A DNA stretch of 32,000 bases from Nitrosopumilus sp. (GTDB lineage: Archaea; Thermoproteota; Nitrososphaeria; Nitrososphaerales; Nitrosopumilaceae): NCBI RefSeq assembly GCF_040878665.1, contig NZ_JBBDLU010000002.1:100565-132564 (forward strand). Direction: 5' to 3'. Made by a program: the position numbers and the translations under genes. The notes beneath the pieces are model-generated. The model saw only the letters and a program-made list of their open reading frames with translations. It had not been told where the DNA came from and made no database searches. Positions 1 to 9,225 of this stretch are shown here, piece by piece. How positions within the stretch are numbered: the first letter of the stretch is position 1; every line of letters starts with the position of its first letter.

Positions 1-2000
1 AACAAAGAGGAATTACAATTTACCAAGCAAACGTAACACTGCTTTTCACTCAAAAAGATCAAGAATATGTTATTAACATGATTGACACTCCTGGCCACGT
101 AGATTTTAGTGGCAGGGTAATTCGAAGCCTTAGAGCAATCGATGGTGCCGTAGTTGTATGTGATTCAGTAGAAGGCATTATGACTCAAACTGAGACTGTG
201 ACTAGAATGGCTCTTGAAGAAAGAGTAAGACCAGTTTTGTTTATCAATAAAGTAGATAGACTCATCAAAGAACTTCGCCTAACTCCTGAAAAAATGCAAG
301 CACAGTTGGCAGAAGTAGTTTCAAATTTTAATCAACTAATTGACACATATGCAGAACCTGAATTCAAGGAAAAATGGAAAGTCTCAATTCAAGATGCCAG
401 TGTAACGTTTGGCTCTGCAAAAGACAGATGGGCAATCAATGTCGATATTATGAAAGAGAGGGGAATCACATTCAAAGATGTAATTGATGCTTATACTAAT
501 GAAAAAGTGTCCGATCTTGTAGAGCGAGCACCACTAGCTGACGCGGTTCTTGGAATGGTTGTTAAACATCATCCGGCTCCTGCACAAGCAGTTCAATATA
601 GAATTCCACAAATTTGGAAAGGTGATTTAGATTCAGATATTGGAAAAGCATTACTAGCATGCAGTGATGATGGTCCGACAATTATGATGGTCGTCAACAT
701 GGTATTAGATCCTGCCGCAGGTCCTGTTGCAATTGGAAGATTATTTTCTGGCACTATCAAAGACGGGCAAACCATCAATATCATAGATGAGAAAAAAGAA
801 GCAAGAGTTCAATCTGTTAACTTCTTTATGGGAAACCAAAGAGAACAAGTAGGAGAATTAGGAGCTGGAAATATTCCTGCATTGCTTGGATTAACTGAAT
901 GCAGAGCAGGTAACACATTATCTTCAGTCAAAGGCATACCTGTGTTTGAAGGTGTACATTATGTTTCAGAACCTGTGGTTCAAATTGCAATCGAGCCAAA
1001 ACATCCTAAAGATTTACCCAAGCTAGTAGAAATTCTAAGACAACTAACAATTGAAGATCCAAACTTGATTGTAAAAATTGATGAAGAAAGTGGCGAAACA
1101 ATTGTTGCCGGTATGGGCGTATTACACTTGGATGTTGCAACCCATAGAATTCAAGATGCTAAATGTGATATTGTAACTTCTGAACCTTTGATTAATTATA
1201 GAGAAACCGTTAAAGGTGGATGTGATCCAATCATGGCAAAATCTCCTAATAGACATAACAAGCTTTTCATGAAAGTAGAGCCTCTTGAACCAGCAATTGC
1301 ACATATGTTAAGAACTGGTGAAATCAGTGATATGAAAGACAAAAAGGTCGTTGCAGAATTATTAAAGAAAGCTGGATGGGATACGGATACAATTAAGAGA
1401 GTTATGAAATTTGACTCACGTGGTAATGTTTTGATTAACGGAACAAAAGGTGTTCAGTTCGTTCAAGAATCAACTGATTCAATCAATTCTGGATTTGAAG
1501 AAGTAATGAAAGAAGGACCTCTTTGTAAAGAACAGATGAGGGATTGTAAATTCACCTTTACTCACTTTGTTCCTCATGAAGACACTGCACATAGAGGTTT
1601 GTCTCAATTAGGACCTGCTGCACGTCGTGCCTGTATGGGTGCTTTACTTACTGCAGGTACTGCTGTTTTAGAGCCAACCCTTGCAATTGAGGTGCGTGTC
1701 CCAACGGATTTGGTTGGAAACGTGGCAACGATTCTTTCTGGTAAACGCGGTAAAGTACTTGACATGTCCCAAAAAGGCGCATCAAGTATTGTTGTAGGTG
1801 AACTTCCAGCTTCTGAGACATTTAATTTGTCTGAAGCAATGAGAGGTCAAACTGCAGGACGTGCAACATGGAACACATCATTTAAAGCTTGGACTGAAGT
1901 TCCAAAATCTATGTTAGGTCCGGCAGTAGCTGATATTAGAAAGCGAAAAGGACTTGCCCCAGAACCACCAGGTGTTTCTGAATTTATCGACAGAGAGTAA
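1..2000 (+). CDS. fusA: Translation elongation factor 2 (aEF-2), 5'-truncated by the window edge
   Basis: The frame is open from nt 3 (QRGITIYQANVTLLF...), so the Met at 78 is internal. GTPase motifs DTPGHVDF and NKVDR are present, plus the domain IV HEDTAHRG loop (diphthamide His context). Stop TAA at 1998-2000. Confidence 0.95.
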   Translation, partial: QRGITIYQANVTLLFTQKDQEYVINMIDTPGHVDFSGRVIRSLRAIDGAVVVCDSVEGIMTQTETVTRMALEERVRPVLFINKVDRLIKELRLTPEKMQAQLAEVVSNFNQLIDTYAEPEFKEKWKVSIQDASVTFGSAKDRWAINVDIMKERGITFKDVIDAYTNEKVSDLVERAPLADAVLGMVVKHHPAPAQAVQYRIPQIWKGDLDSDIGKALLACSDDGPTIMMVVNMVLDPAAGPVAIGRLFSGTIKDGQTINIIDEKKEARVQSVNFFMGNQREQVGELGAGNIPALLGLTECRAGNTLSSVKGIPVFEGVHYVSEPVVQIAIEPKHPKDLPKLVEILRQLTIEDPNLIVKIDEESGETIVAGMGVLHLDVATHRIQDAKCDIVTSEPLINYRETVKGGCDPIMAKSPNRHNKLFMKVEPLEPAIAHMLRTGEISDMKDKKVVAELLKKAGWDTDTIKRVMKFDSRGNVLINGTKGVQFVQESTDSINSGFEEVMKEGPLCKEQMRDCKFTFTHFVPHEDTAHRGLSQLGPAARRACMGALLTAGTAVLEPTLAIEVRVPTDLVGNVATILSGKRGKVLDMSQKGASSIVVGELPASETFNLSEAMRGQTAGRATWNTSFKAWTEVPKSMLGPAVADIRKRKGLAPEPPGVSEFIDRE

Positions 2001-2080
2001 AAATAGAATGCCCCCCCATTTTGTGAGTCCATCTAAAGTTGTTAAATAAATTTTTAATGTAGAACAATGCGTGTAACATA

Positions 2081-3856
2081 GTGGTATCTGCAGGAACAAC
2101 TGAATTCCTAAGCCTCCTTGCAATTCTTTTTGGTGGAGGTATGATCGGAGCATGGCTGATGCACAAGATAAGATTTCCAACCATAATTGGATTTATTTTA
2201 GTTGGAATAATTGTAGGACCATATGGATTAAGCGTAATAGATAATGCAGAATTAGTCAATCTTTTAGCAGAATTTGGAATCATAATTTTGCTTTTTGTTG
2301 TAGGATTAGAATTTAGTATTAACAAGTTAAGGCGTGTCGGGTTAAGCGGAGTTATTATTGGAACAGTTCAGCTCGGGATTGTTTTCTTTTTAGGATATAT
2401 TGTTGCAGTGGCACTTGGCTGGTCTCATCTTGAAGCACTTTTCTTAGGAAGTATTTTGTCAATTACAAGTACAGCGATATCGCTCAGATTTCTGCGAGAT
2501 CTTAATCTAGTAAATACAAAAGAATGGGATACAGTAATTACCATATTAATAATAGAGGATCTTGCAGCGGTTCTTCTTTTGACATTACTTGGAAACGCTT
2601 CGGCTGGAGATAATTTTGCTATAACCGACGTAGGATCACTCATAATTCAAAGCATATTGTTTTTTGTTCTAACTTTGGCAATTGGCATAAAGATAGTTCC
2701 AAAGTTATTGGAACGAGTATCAAAAATTAACATGGAGGAAGCTCCATTTATCACTGCACTTGCTCTGACATTTGGCTTGGCAGTTCTTGCGCATTTCTTG
2801 GGTTTAAGCAGTGCAATCGGGGCATTTTTAATGGGAATGATAATTGCATCATCCAAGTTCTCTGAAAAGATAATTCCTAAGGTGTTACCATTAAAGGATT
2901 TTTTCATTGTAATATTTTTTGTCTCAATTGGAATGCTTGTAAACATCACATTGATTCCAGATGCGATATGGATTGCAATCCCAATAGTAATTGTAGCAAT
3001 ATTTGGAAAATTCATTGGAAACATGTTTGCCGCATCCATGTCTGGTAACACCTTCATCAGTGCAACAACCATTGGCGCTATGATGATTCCTATTGGAGAA
3101 TTTTCGTTTATCATAGCTAAATTAGGCGTAGATAGTGGAAGCATAAACGAGTCCATTTATCCTGTTACCATAGTCGTATCTCTTACTACTATGCTTGCAA
3201 TGCCTCTTCTTTTACGATCTTTACCTACGATTGCAGATCAGAGATCAATAATTCCAAAAAAACTCTTGAACTACATTTTCTTTGCAGGTAGATTTGTAGG
3301 GGCTGGTTCGTTAAAAGAAAAAACCGTTCCTCAGATCAGTAAAAAAAATAATTTCAAAAAATACGGACCAACGATATTGGTTCATTTTATAATAATCACA
3401 TCATTGCTTGCATTGTTGAATTATTTTACACCGTCAATAATTTCGCTTTTAGAAGATCCAGACGTTCCATTCTTTATGAGCCCATCGATTTTTCTTGGGA
3501 TATTGACTTCACTCATTATAGCATATCCAATATTTTTGGTAATTGGAAAAACAGAAGGGATAATCGATAAAATCTCAAATACGATTACGATCAGATATGG
3601 ACAAAAAGAAAAACAACTTATCAATAAACCAATACATCGAGTTTTGCGTGATATTATTTTTATTGGTTTGATTTTACTTTTAGTTGCAATATTCATTAGT
3701 TTTGTAGATTTCCAAATAGAAAATGCCAAGGTAATAATTTCTACAATAGGATTTGCGGTGATGATACCACTGTTTCTTGATATCATTTTTTCTATACGTA
3801 AACTTACACAGACTCATTTGTTTGATAATTGGCTATCTTCTGATGATGAAAAATAA
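2081..3856 (+). CDS. Cation:proton antiporter, CPA2/Kef-NapA-like Na+/H+ exchanger family, with an extra C-terminal membrane region
   Basis: 591 aa with a GTG start. About 12 hydrophobic helices carry typical exchanger-family segments (GFILVGIIVGPYGL, AEFGIIILLFVVGLEF, AFLMGMIIA). The C-terminal ~190 aa add about 4 more predicted TM helices, and no soluble KTN/RCK domain is visible. Confidence 0.8.
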   Translation: MVSAGTTEFLSLLAILFGGGMIGAWLMHKIRFPTIIGFILVGIIVGPYGLSVIDNAELVNLLAEFGIIILLFVVGLEFSINKLRRVGLSGVIIGTVQLGIVFFLGYIVAVALGWSHLEALFLGSILSITSTAISLRFLRDLNLVNTKEWDTVITILIIEDLAAVLLLTLLGNASAGDNFAITDVGSLIIQSILFFVLTLAIGIKIVPKLLERVSKINMEEAPFITALALTFGLAVLAHFLGLSSAIGAFLMGMIIASSKFSEKIIPKVLPLKDFFIVIFFVSIGMLVNITLIPDAIWIAIPIVIVAIFGKFIGNMFAASMSGNTFISATTIGAMMIPIGEFSFIIAKLGVDSGSINESIYPVTIVVSLTTMLAMPLLLRSLPTIADQRSIIPKKLLNYIFFAGRFVGAGSLKEKTVPQISKKNNFKKYGPTILVHFIIITSLLALLNYFTPSIISLLEDPDVPFFMSPSIFLGILTSLIIAYPIFLVIGKTEGIIDKISNTITIRYGQKEKQLINKPIHRVLRDIIFIGLILLLVAIFISFVDFQIENAKVIISTIGFAVMIPLFLDIIFSIRKLTQTHLFDNWLSSDDEK

Positions 3857-3870
3857 TCTAATGATCGGAT

Positions 3871-3885
3871 CCTTTCCTTTTTATT
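3871..3885 (+). terminator. T-rich tract downstream of the antiporter gene (candidate archaeal oligo-T terminator)
   Basis: CCTTTCCTTTTTATT lies 15 nt after the stop codon. Archaeal termination commonly uses T-runs. Confidence 0.3.
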
Positions 3886-4049
3886 CACTAAAGAGTAAAA
3901 ATGACATCCATCTGATTTAGATGTGAAAATACGTTATTGTTGTAATATAAGATCCTCTCTGATACGTAAATTTGGGATAGATTTCAGCAATGACTAGATG
4001 ATGTTGAACAGTATGATTTGTTGGAGGTTTGAAAAAATAAAAAGAAGGA

Positions 4050-4268
4050 TTATTCTTTCTCGAACCCTTCTCGGTGTAACCAGTAATATGTTACCTTATC
4101 AGCTGGAATCCAAATTGTTTCAGTACCTGCATCGATTACAATCTCTTTTCGCGAGTCTTCAAAGGTAACATTGTGTTTATGCAGTTCGATTTTTTCTCCA
4201 GTATCGATTCGAATCATCAATTCACCGTTTTTTTCAACACTGGATTTTATTGCATTATAGTCTGCCAT
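4050..4268 (-). CDS. Hypothetical small protein (72 aa)
   Basis: ATG-initiated ORF with balanced, non-repetitive composition (MADYNAIKSSVEKNGELMIRIDTGEKIELHKHNVTFED...). No family recognised. Confidence 0.5.
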   Translation of the reverse strand: MADYNAIKSSVEKNGELMIRIDTGEKIELHKHNVTFEDSRKEIVIDAGTETIWIPADKVTYYWLHREGFEKE

Positions 4269-4479
4269 AGTATGTTCATGAAGACTGTGTTATTTAAAAG
4301 AAATCTTTACCTGAGATATAATCTCGATTCAAATGGTGCCTTCCTGAAAGTGCTTTCATTTGTTAGAACACTGTAACACAGAGTAAAAAATTCATTATTT
4401 CTTGATTTTAGTATTTTTTTTAAAGAATATGGCTATTGTTTGTTGAAAAGAACATAAGATCCTATACACTAAGAACAAC

Positions 4480-4788
4480 ATGGCAAAATCATTAGGGGAT
4501 TATAATATTGAACAATCTTCATCATCTGATTTTAAAAATATCAAATGGACCAAAAAAAGCACATTAGATAAAAAACCAAAAAATACCAAGAAAACAAAAA
4601 AAATTTCTCCTACTAATATAATTGCAAAACAAAATCAAAGTACAAACTCTGTCAAAAAAATTTACAAAATTAAAAATGACTCTACTGATGATCTAAACAA
4701 CAATCCATCCCTCTTGGATAAAAAATCACAATTAGCTTCTGCTTCAAATTGTAATATTATGCCGAGTTTTAAGAGACCTGCTCGATGA
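4480..4788 (+). CDS. Hypothetical Lys/Asn/Ser-rich low-complexity protein (102 aa)
   Basis: ATG ORF with very biased composition (KKPKNTKKTKK). It could be a disordered basic protein or a chance ORF in AT-rich DNA. Confidence 0.3.
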   Translation: MAKSLGDYNIEQSSSSDFKNIKWTKKSTLDKKPKNTKKTKKISPTNIIAKQNQSTNSVKKIYKIKNDSTDDLNNNPSLLDKKSQLASASNCNIMPSFKRPAR

Positions 4789-4939
4789 CTTTTTAATTTT
4801 TAAATTCATCAATATGCTTAAGTTTCTACTTCTTTTAGTTATAGTGTGAAACTAGGTATCAAGCTTTTGATAATTGGTGTGATTGCAATTCTTGTACAGG
4901 TATTTGGCAATCTTTTGTTTTAAATTATAATTCATGAAA

Positions 4940-4959
4940 TTTGATGATTTCTCATCAAA
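4940..4959. repeat. Perfect 8-bp inverted repeat (TTTGATGA-TTTC-TCATCAAA)
   Basis: Read directly from the sequence. The 11-mer GATGATTTCTC at 4943-4953 recurs at 5013-5023. Confidence 0.6.
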
Positions 4960-5126
4960 CCTCATGGTGTGTTAGGTGATATCTATTTCAAAATTTGTAT
5001 TTAACCCAAATGGATGATTTCTCTGTGGTTTCATGATGCACACTTTATTTCTCTTAAGATAATTTCCTAGCCTCAAAATCGTCGAAGCCCTTATTTCCAA
5101 CTTGTTTAAATCTGATATGAATAATA

Positions 5127-5252
5127 ATGGTAAAAAACTATTGGGAAAAACGCTTCAAAAAAGAACTCATTGAAGAAGAAGACAAGCTCAAACAAGAAAT
5201 CGAAGAGGCGGTAAGAAAAAAACTAAATTCTATATCTGACGATGAATCCTAG
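5127..5252 (+). CDS. Possible small charged helical protein (41 aa), below the ORF-track cutoff
   Basis: ATG ORF MVKNYWEKRFKKELIEEEDKLKQEIEEAVRKKLNSISDDES. Its TAG stop shares the palindrome CTAG (5249-5252) with the stop of the convergent KaiC-like gene. Confidence 0.3.
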   Translation: MVKNYWEKRFKKELIEEEDKLKQEIEEAVRKKLNSISDDES

Positions 5253-6520
5253 TCTTCATGAACATGCAAACCATCATCTCTTAATTCTAGGGTGTGAATA
5301 TGTTGGCTGTGTTCAATTCCACGTAATTTTGTAATTTTGATGGTTCGTTTTATCTCATTGTTTATGATTTGATTGTCTAATTGAATTATTCCAGACGTTG
5401 CAAAACCTTCCAATGGTGTTTTGTCGTTTTCAGAGACTTCTGAAAGAAGTAAACTTGTCACTCCAAAATTTCCCAAGGCTTGAAGCATCCCTTGTAATCC
5501 CTGTCTCATGTAAAATTTATCCGAGTATTGCATTTGAAGAATTGAGATTGAATCAATCACGACTCGTTTTGCATTAATTTTTTTTATGCTATTTAAAATA
5601 AATTTTGTTAAATGCTCAAATGCAATCTGTTCTCCTCTGTATAGTGAATCATCTCTTTCAATTGATTTTTCTTTAATTTTAAATGGTCTTAAATCAGCCA
5701 TCAAAATTTTTCCATTATGAATTAATTTCTCAATATCCCATCCAAATGATTTACAGTCGTTCTTTATTTCCTCAATATTTTGAGCCAAAGATAGGTACAC
5801 CCCAGGCTCATCAAACTCTTTTGCTCCTGAATAAATATATTGTAATCCCAATGTTGTTTTTCCACTACCTGGAGGACCTGAAATTAATACTGAACTATTT
5901 TTTTTGAAGCCTGCTGATAAAAATAAATCAAAACCTGGAATGCCTGTTTTTACAATGCCAATTGTTTTTTTCTTTGATCTGATTTGTGGCTTGAATGTTA
6001 CAAAAAATAATGATGCTCCACAAATACCCACAATTGCAGTTATTACTTCTCCTACAAGAAAATATGTTGTTCCAACTAATGATACTAGTAATCCTCCAGT
6101 AAAGATCATTTGAGGGTATGATGTTTTTGATTTAACAATTTTCTTTGGTTGTATTCTGTCTGGAATTTTTTCAATTTTTTGTTGATGTGTTGTTTTGATT
6201 ATTGGGATTTTTTCAAAGCATTTGTCATGAAACCAAAAACTGTTTTTTCTAATTGATTTGGAATCTAGTTTAATTTGCATCTCGCAATGATGGCATTTTA
6301 CCAAATCTTCTGATAAACTGTTCTCGATAATTTTTTTATCTTCACATGCTTCAATTACTGGTTCACACAACTTTATCATTCTATCAATATACAAATAATC
6401 TGATTTTGGCAATTGTACATTTTTTTGTAGCTTTTCAATAATGTATTGTGTTCGACCGTAATCCCCATAATCCTTTTCAAGACTTTCTTTTAGCTTGAAA
6501 ACAATTTGATCTAAATCCAA
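5249..6520 (-). CDS. Membrane-anchored single-domain KaiC/RecA-superfamily ATPase with an N-terminal motif and a Zn-ribbon-like module
   Basis: The C-terminal ~240 aa match the KaiC-type ATPase pattern: GIPGFDLFLSAGFKKNSSVLISGPPGSGKTTLGLQYIYSGAKEFDEPGVYLSL, and RVVIDSIS as a Walker-B-like strand. The N-terminus carries CHHC-x18-HDKC. A hydrophobic stretch (MIFTGGLLVSLVGTTYFLVGEVITAIVGICGASLFFVTF) is long enough for 2 TM helices. Confidence 0.85.
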   Translation of the reverse strand: MDLDQIVFKLKESLEKDYGDYGRTQYIIEKLQKNVQLPKSDYLYIDRMIKLCEPVIEACEDKKIIENSLSEDLVKCHHCEMQIKLDSKSIRKNSFWFHDKCFEKIPIIKTTHQQKIEKIPDRIQPKKIVKSKTSYPQMIFTGGLLVSLVGTTYFLVGEVITAIVGICGASLFFVTFKPQIRSKKKTIGIVKTGIPGFDLFLSAGFKKNSSVLISGPPGSGKTTLGLQYIYSGAKEFDEPGVYLSLAQNIEEIKNDCKSFGWDIEKLIHNGKILMADLRPFKIKEKSIERDDSLYRGEQIAFEHLTKFILNSIKKINAKRVVIDSISILQMQYSDKFYMRQGLQGMLQALGNFGVTSLLLSEVSENDKTPLEGFATSGIIQLDNQIINNEIKRTIKITKLRGIEHSQHIHTLELRDDGLHVHED

Positions 6521-6698
6521 TAGTTACAGATTATGTATTTTCAAGTAATGAGTTATGAATAATCAAAATTCTCTTTAGAGTCAATTATTTGTGCGATCAG
6601 AATTGGATTTGGATTGAAAATTGATCTATTATTCTTAACCTTTGAATTCACGTATGTTAATTTCTATTTGGAAATATCATGAATCCTTCATATTTTTG

Positions 6699-7640
6699 AT
6701 GAATCTGAATATCTTGCTAATTTTGCCTTTGATGTTGATCATGTCTGTAAGCCTCTTTCCTACTTCGTTTGCTTCTGTTGAATCTGAAGCCCAAGAAGAT
6801 ATTCAAGCTGGTTGTAGAGAAGGTCAGATTTTGATACATAGGTTAACCCACCAAGATTATGTCTGTGTTGATCCTTCAACTGCAATATCTTGGGAACGTT
6901 TGGGAATCGCTGAAATCATTTATTCAGTCAGTTCTAATGAAATTGATGAATTTCCATTATCTGACATACAATTAGAAGATCTAGAAACTTCTTTGCCCAT
7001 TAATGAATCTGATGAATTAATAGAAAAATCTGAAACTATTTCTGAAATAAAAACTAATCTTGATAATGCTGGTACTTTAGGTGACTCTGTTGAAACACAA
7101 CTTTCAAATTATCCTCAAATATTTTCACTCGATGATCATATTTGGTTAATTGTTGATTCTCTTGGAACACAAAGTATCATTATCGAAGGTGATGATGGAT
7201 TAATTGTTATTGATACTCCAAATTCATATGACTCTACAAAGAAAGTGTTTGAAGAATTAAACGAATTTCCTAACAAAGATGTGAAACATATTATTCTTAC
7301 TCGAAATCATACCGGTGTCATTAATTCTGTAAATGCTTTATTAGAAGAAGGTGACGGAAATGTGGAAATTATCATTCCTGAAACATTGTTAGAATATTTT
7401 AAAGCATCTTCAGATTGGACTTTCCAAAACACTATTACATTTGACTCAGAGTTTACAATTAATACTGATCTTAATATGGAATTGATTTTTGCTGATGGCA
7501 ATATCAGTCATCAAACATACATTTTTTTGTCTGACTATGACAGTCTAATTATTGGTGATAGCGTGTATGGTGTTGCTCCTTTCATCCTGCGTTTTGAATA
7601 TTTACAATCATTTTTTGACTTTGTAGATGTGTCTGAATAA
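6699..7640 (+). CDS. Secreted protein: signal peptide, Cys-pair N-domain, acidic linker, degenerate metallo-beta-lactamase-like domain
   Basis: The preferred start is ATG 6699 (MNLNILLILPLMLIMSVSLFPTSFA/SVESEA reads as a signal peptide), although the track ORF opens at TTG 6642. The segment IIIEGDDGLIVIDTPNSYDSTKKVFEEL...VKHIILTRNHTGVIN follows the MBL beta-strand/HxHxDH layout, but the metal motif reads TRNHTG. Confidence 0.65.
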   Translation: MNLNILLILPLMLIMSVSLFPTSFASVESEAQEDIQAGCREGQILIHRLTHQDYVCVDPSTAISWERLGIAEIIYSVSSNEIDEFPLSDIQLEDLETSLPINESDELIEKSETISEIKTNLDNAGTLGDSVETQLSNYPQIFSLDDHIWLIVDSLGTQSIIIEGDDGLIVIDTPNSYDSTKKVFEELNEFPNKDVKHIILTRNHTGVINSVNALLEEGDGNVEIIIPETLLEYFKASSDWTFQNTITFDSEFTINTDLNMELIFADGNISHQTYIFLSDYDSLIIGDSVYGVAPFILRFEYLQSFFDFVDVSE

Positions 7641-7683
7641 CAATATTTATTAGTTAACCTACCTAATATAGGTCGACCTACTA

Positions 7684-8262
7684 ATGATGAGCCAATCAAA
7701 GCCTAATCCGGAAACACTTGAGCGTGAACGAGTTGTGTTTGAATTCATTAAAAATAATCCTAATCAACATCATAATGCCTTGATGAAAAAGATTGTTCCT
7801 CAATTTATGGCAAAAACAACCTTTGAGAAAACACGTGATTCGTTATTGGAAAAAGAAGTTATTTTTGTTAGGGCGGATGGCAACATGAAATTTTATACAG
7901 CTACAGAAAATTATGATCAAAAATTACAGCGTAGAATTGAGAGAAATACTACTATTGCCTATCATGATCTGAAATTAGAAATAAAACGCCTTGACATTGA
8001 TTATTCTCATAAAACAATCGATGAAAAAATTTTAATTGTCGATACTCTTCTACAAAACTTGATTCGTACAGACAACGGTTTTACTATTTTGGATTCTATA
8101 AAAAATCCTAAAAAAACACTATATCGAGATGAACACCTTACAATTCAACAATTAATTCATCAAGTTTTATCTATAATTCGGAAAGATAAAGATTTTGAAA
8201 TAGTTTTACCTTCAATTTCAAGTAATATGGAGATATACGTCCCTATCTTTCATAATACATGA
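7684..8262 (+). CDS. Putative winged-helix DNA-binding protein with a helical C-terminal domain (192 aa)
   Basis: The N-terminal ~70 aa resemble a wHTH (ERERVVFEFIKNNPNQHHNALMKKI...TFEKTRDSLLEKEVIFVRADGNMKFY). It has the same length and layout as the 13097-13663 ORF. Confidence 0.55.
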   Translation: MMSQSKPNPETLERERVVFEFIKNNPNQHHNALMKKIVPQFMAKTTFEKTRDSLLEKEVIFVRADGNMKFYTATENYDQKLQRRIERNTTIAYHDLKLEIKRLDIDYSHKTIDEKILIVDTLLQNLIRTDNGFTILDSIKNPKKTLYRDEHLTIQQLIHQVLSIIRKDKDFEIVLPSISSNMEIYVPIFHNT

Positions 8263-8302
8263 TGTACATCTAGTTATTATTCAAGTCTATTTCATTATAC
8301 TT

Positions 8303-8530
8303 ATGGGATTGTTGTATACTAAATTTTACATGGATTTTGATGACAGTGATTGGAAACAAACATCAAATAATCCAATTGTTTTTCAAACTCTAAAGAATAA
8401 TGTTTCTCTGGAGATAGAAGATACGTCACATAAATCTTATAAATTAAATTTTAAAGAAGGAGGAAAACTAAATATGTTCCGAGTAACTGGGAAATTCCGT
8501 CTGACTTGGAATGATGATGATCTTTTGTAA
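8303..8530 (+). CDS. Hypothetical protein (75 aa)
   Basis: ATG ORF in the intergenic-sized slot after the wHTH gene. No family recognised. Confidence 0.4.
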   Translation: MGLLYTKFYMDFDDSDWKQTSNNPIVFQTLKNNVSLEIEDTSHKSYKLNFKEGGKLNMFRVTGKFRLTWNDDDLL

Positions 8531-8567
8531 CTATATAAAATAATAATGGGTATTTGCAAAAGATCAC

Positions 8568-8798
8568 ATGTCTTTAAAAGAACAAATTGATTCTATTTTA
8601 GCTGATTTTGAACATGTTTCATCTAGTGAATTCATTGAAGTCTTAAATTCCATAAAACCCCATTTTAAAAATAAACTAATAGTGGAATATCTAGAAGGAA
8701 AAATTCAAAAAATAGAGAACATTCAAGACGAAAAAGAAAAATTGATTCAATGTAAAACACTACTTCCATATCTAGATTGGTATTTGCAAGGTTTGTAA
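8568..8798 (+). CDS. Hypothetical small helical protein (76 aa)
   Basis: ATG ORF with amphipathic helical composition. Its stop lies 1 nt from the stop of the convergent 8800-9225 ORF. Confidence 0.45.
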   Translation: MSLKEQIDSILADFEHVSSSEFIEVLNSIKPHFKNKLIVEYLEGKIQKIENIQDEKEKLIQCKTLLPYLDWYLQGL

Positions 8799-8799
8799 A

Positions 8800-9225
8800 T
8801 TATTCAGAAAATTGATTTATTTTTGATAATGCGATTTTAATTATTCCTAAATCTTTTCTAGCTTGTAACATATTTCCGACCAAATTTAAAAAATATTCAT
8901 AACCTGTATCTTCTGCTTTGTGAATGTCTGATTCATAACAAGTAAGTGCTTTTTCTAAAAATGAAATGTCCTCATCAACAAAATTTACATCTTGAATATC
9001 TTTTAAACAATTGAGAATTTTTTTAATCATTTCATCTATCTTTGGAATTGTCTTCATTGCTTGTTGATTTAAAATTGATGCAAACATTGCTCCAGAATTT
9101 TTTAGCTCGGGACTATTATCAAGTGTTTTTAATCTGTTTTTATAATGATTTAATGATTTTACGATTATTTCATAACCTCCTTCATTTTTTAAATAAATTT
9201 CACCTAGCCAAATTTTTTCGGTCAC
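8800..9225 (-). CDS. Hypothetical helical protein (141 aa)
   Basis: ATG ORF with non-repetitive composition. No family recognised. Confidence 0.55.
   Translation of the reverse strand: MTEKIWLGEIYLKNEGGYEIIVKSLNHYKNRLKTLDNSPELKNSGAMFASILNQQAMKTIPKIDEMIKKILNCLKDIQDVNFVDEDISFLEKALTCYESDIHKAEDTGYEYFLNLVGNMLQARKDLGIIKIALSKINQFSE

Noticed and set aside
2647-3156. 169-aa minus-strand ORF inside the antiporter gene. Similar antisense ORFs occur at 593-784, 1122-1304, 1847-2325, 2425-2643, 3421-3786, 5683-6113, 7307-7501, 10456-10674, 14289-14675, 15321-15512, 16378-16578, 17039-17251, 22080-22274, 22389-22658, 23169-23457, 24773-25048, 26189-26543, 28661-28852, 28989-29231, 29967-30326 and 30377-30635.
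   Set aside because: Each lies entirely within, and antisense to or out of frame with, a much better supported gene that has recognisable family motifs. Their compositions (Ile/Phe/Asn/Ser/Cys-rich) are what the complement of AT-rich coding sequence produces. I treat them as shadow ORFs.
4517-4535. A 17-nt identity (TCATCTGATTTTAAAAA) between the 4480-4788 ORF and purF (27259-27277)
   Set aside because: My rough estimate gives on the order of one such AT-rich 17-mer match by chance among all position pairs in a 32-kb window. No extended similarity surrounds it.
4848-4923. A 25-codon hydrophobic GTG ORF (VKLGIKLLIIGVIAILVQVFGNLLF), preceded by a 10-codon ATG ORF, in the 4789-5126 gap
   Set aside because: It is too short and unsupported (no clear promoter spacing, no paralogue) to call. 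It is noted only because the gap is otherwise unexplained.
4940-5115. Possible C/D-box sRNA, based on TTGATGA at 4941-4947, ATGATGC at 5033-5039 and CTGA at 5112-5115
   Set aside because: The boxes are imperfect and the C-to-D spacing (~75 nt or more) is long for archaeal sRNAs. I found no D'/C' pair or terminal stem. UGAUGA-like strings are expected by chance in this composition.
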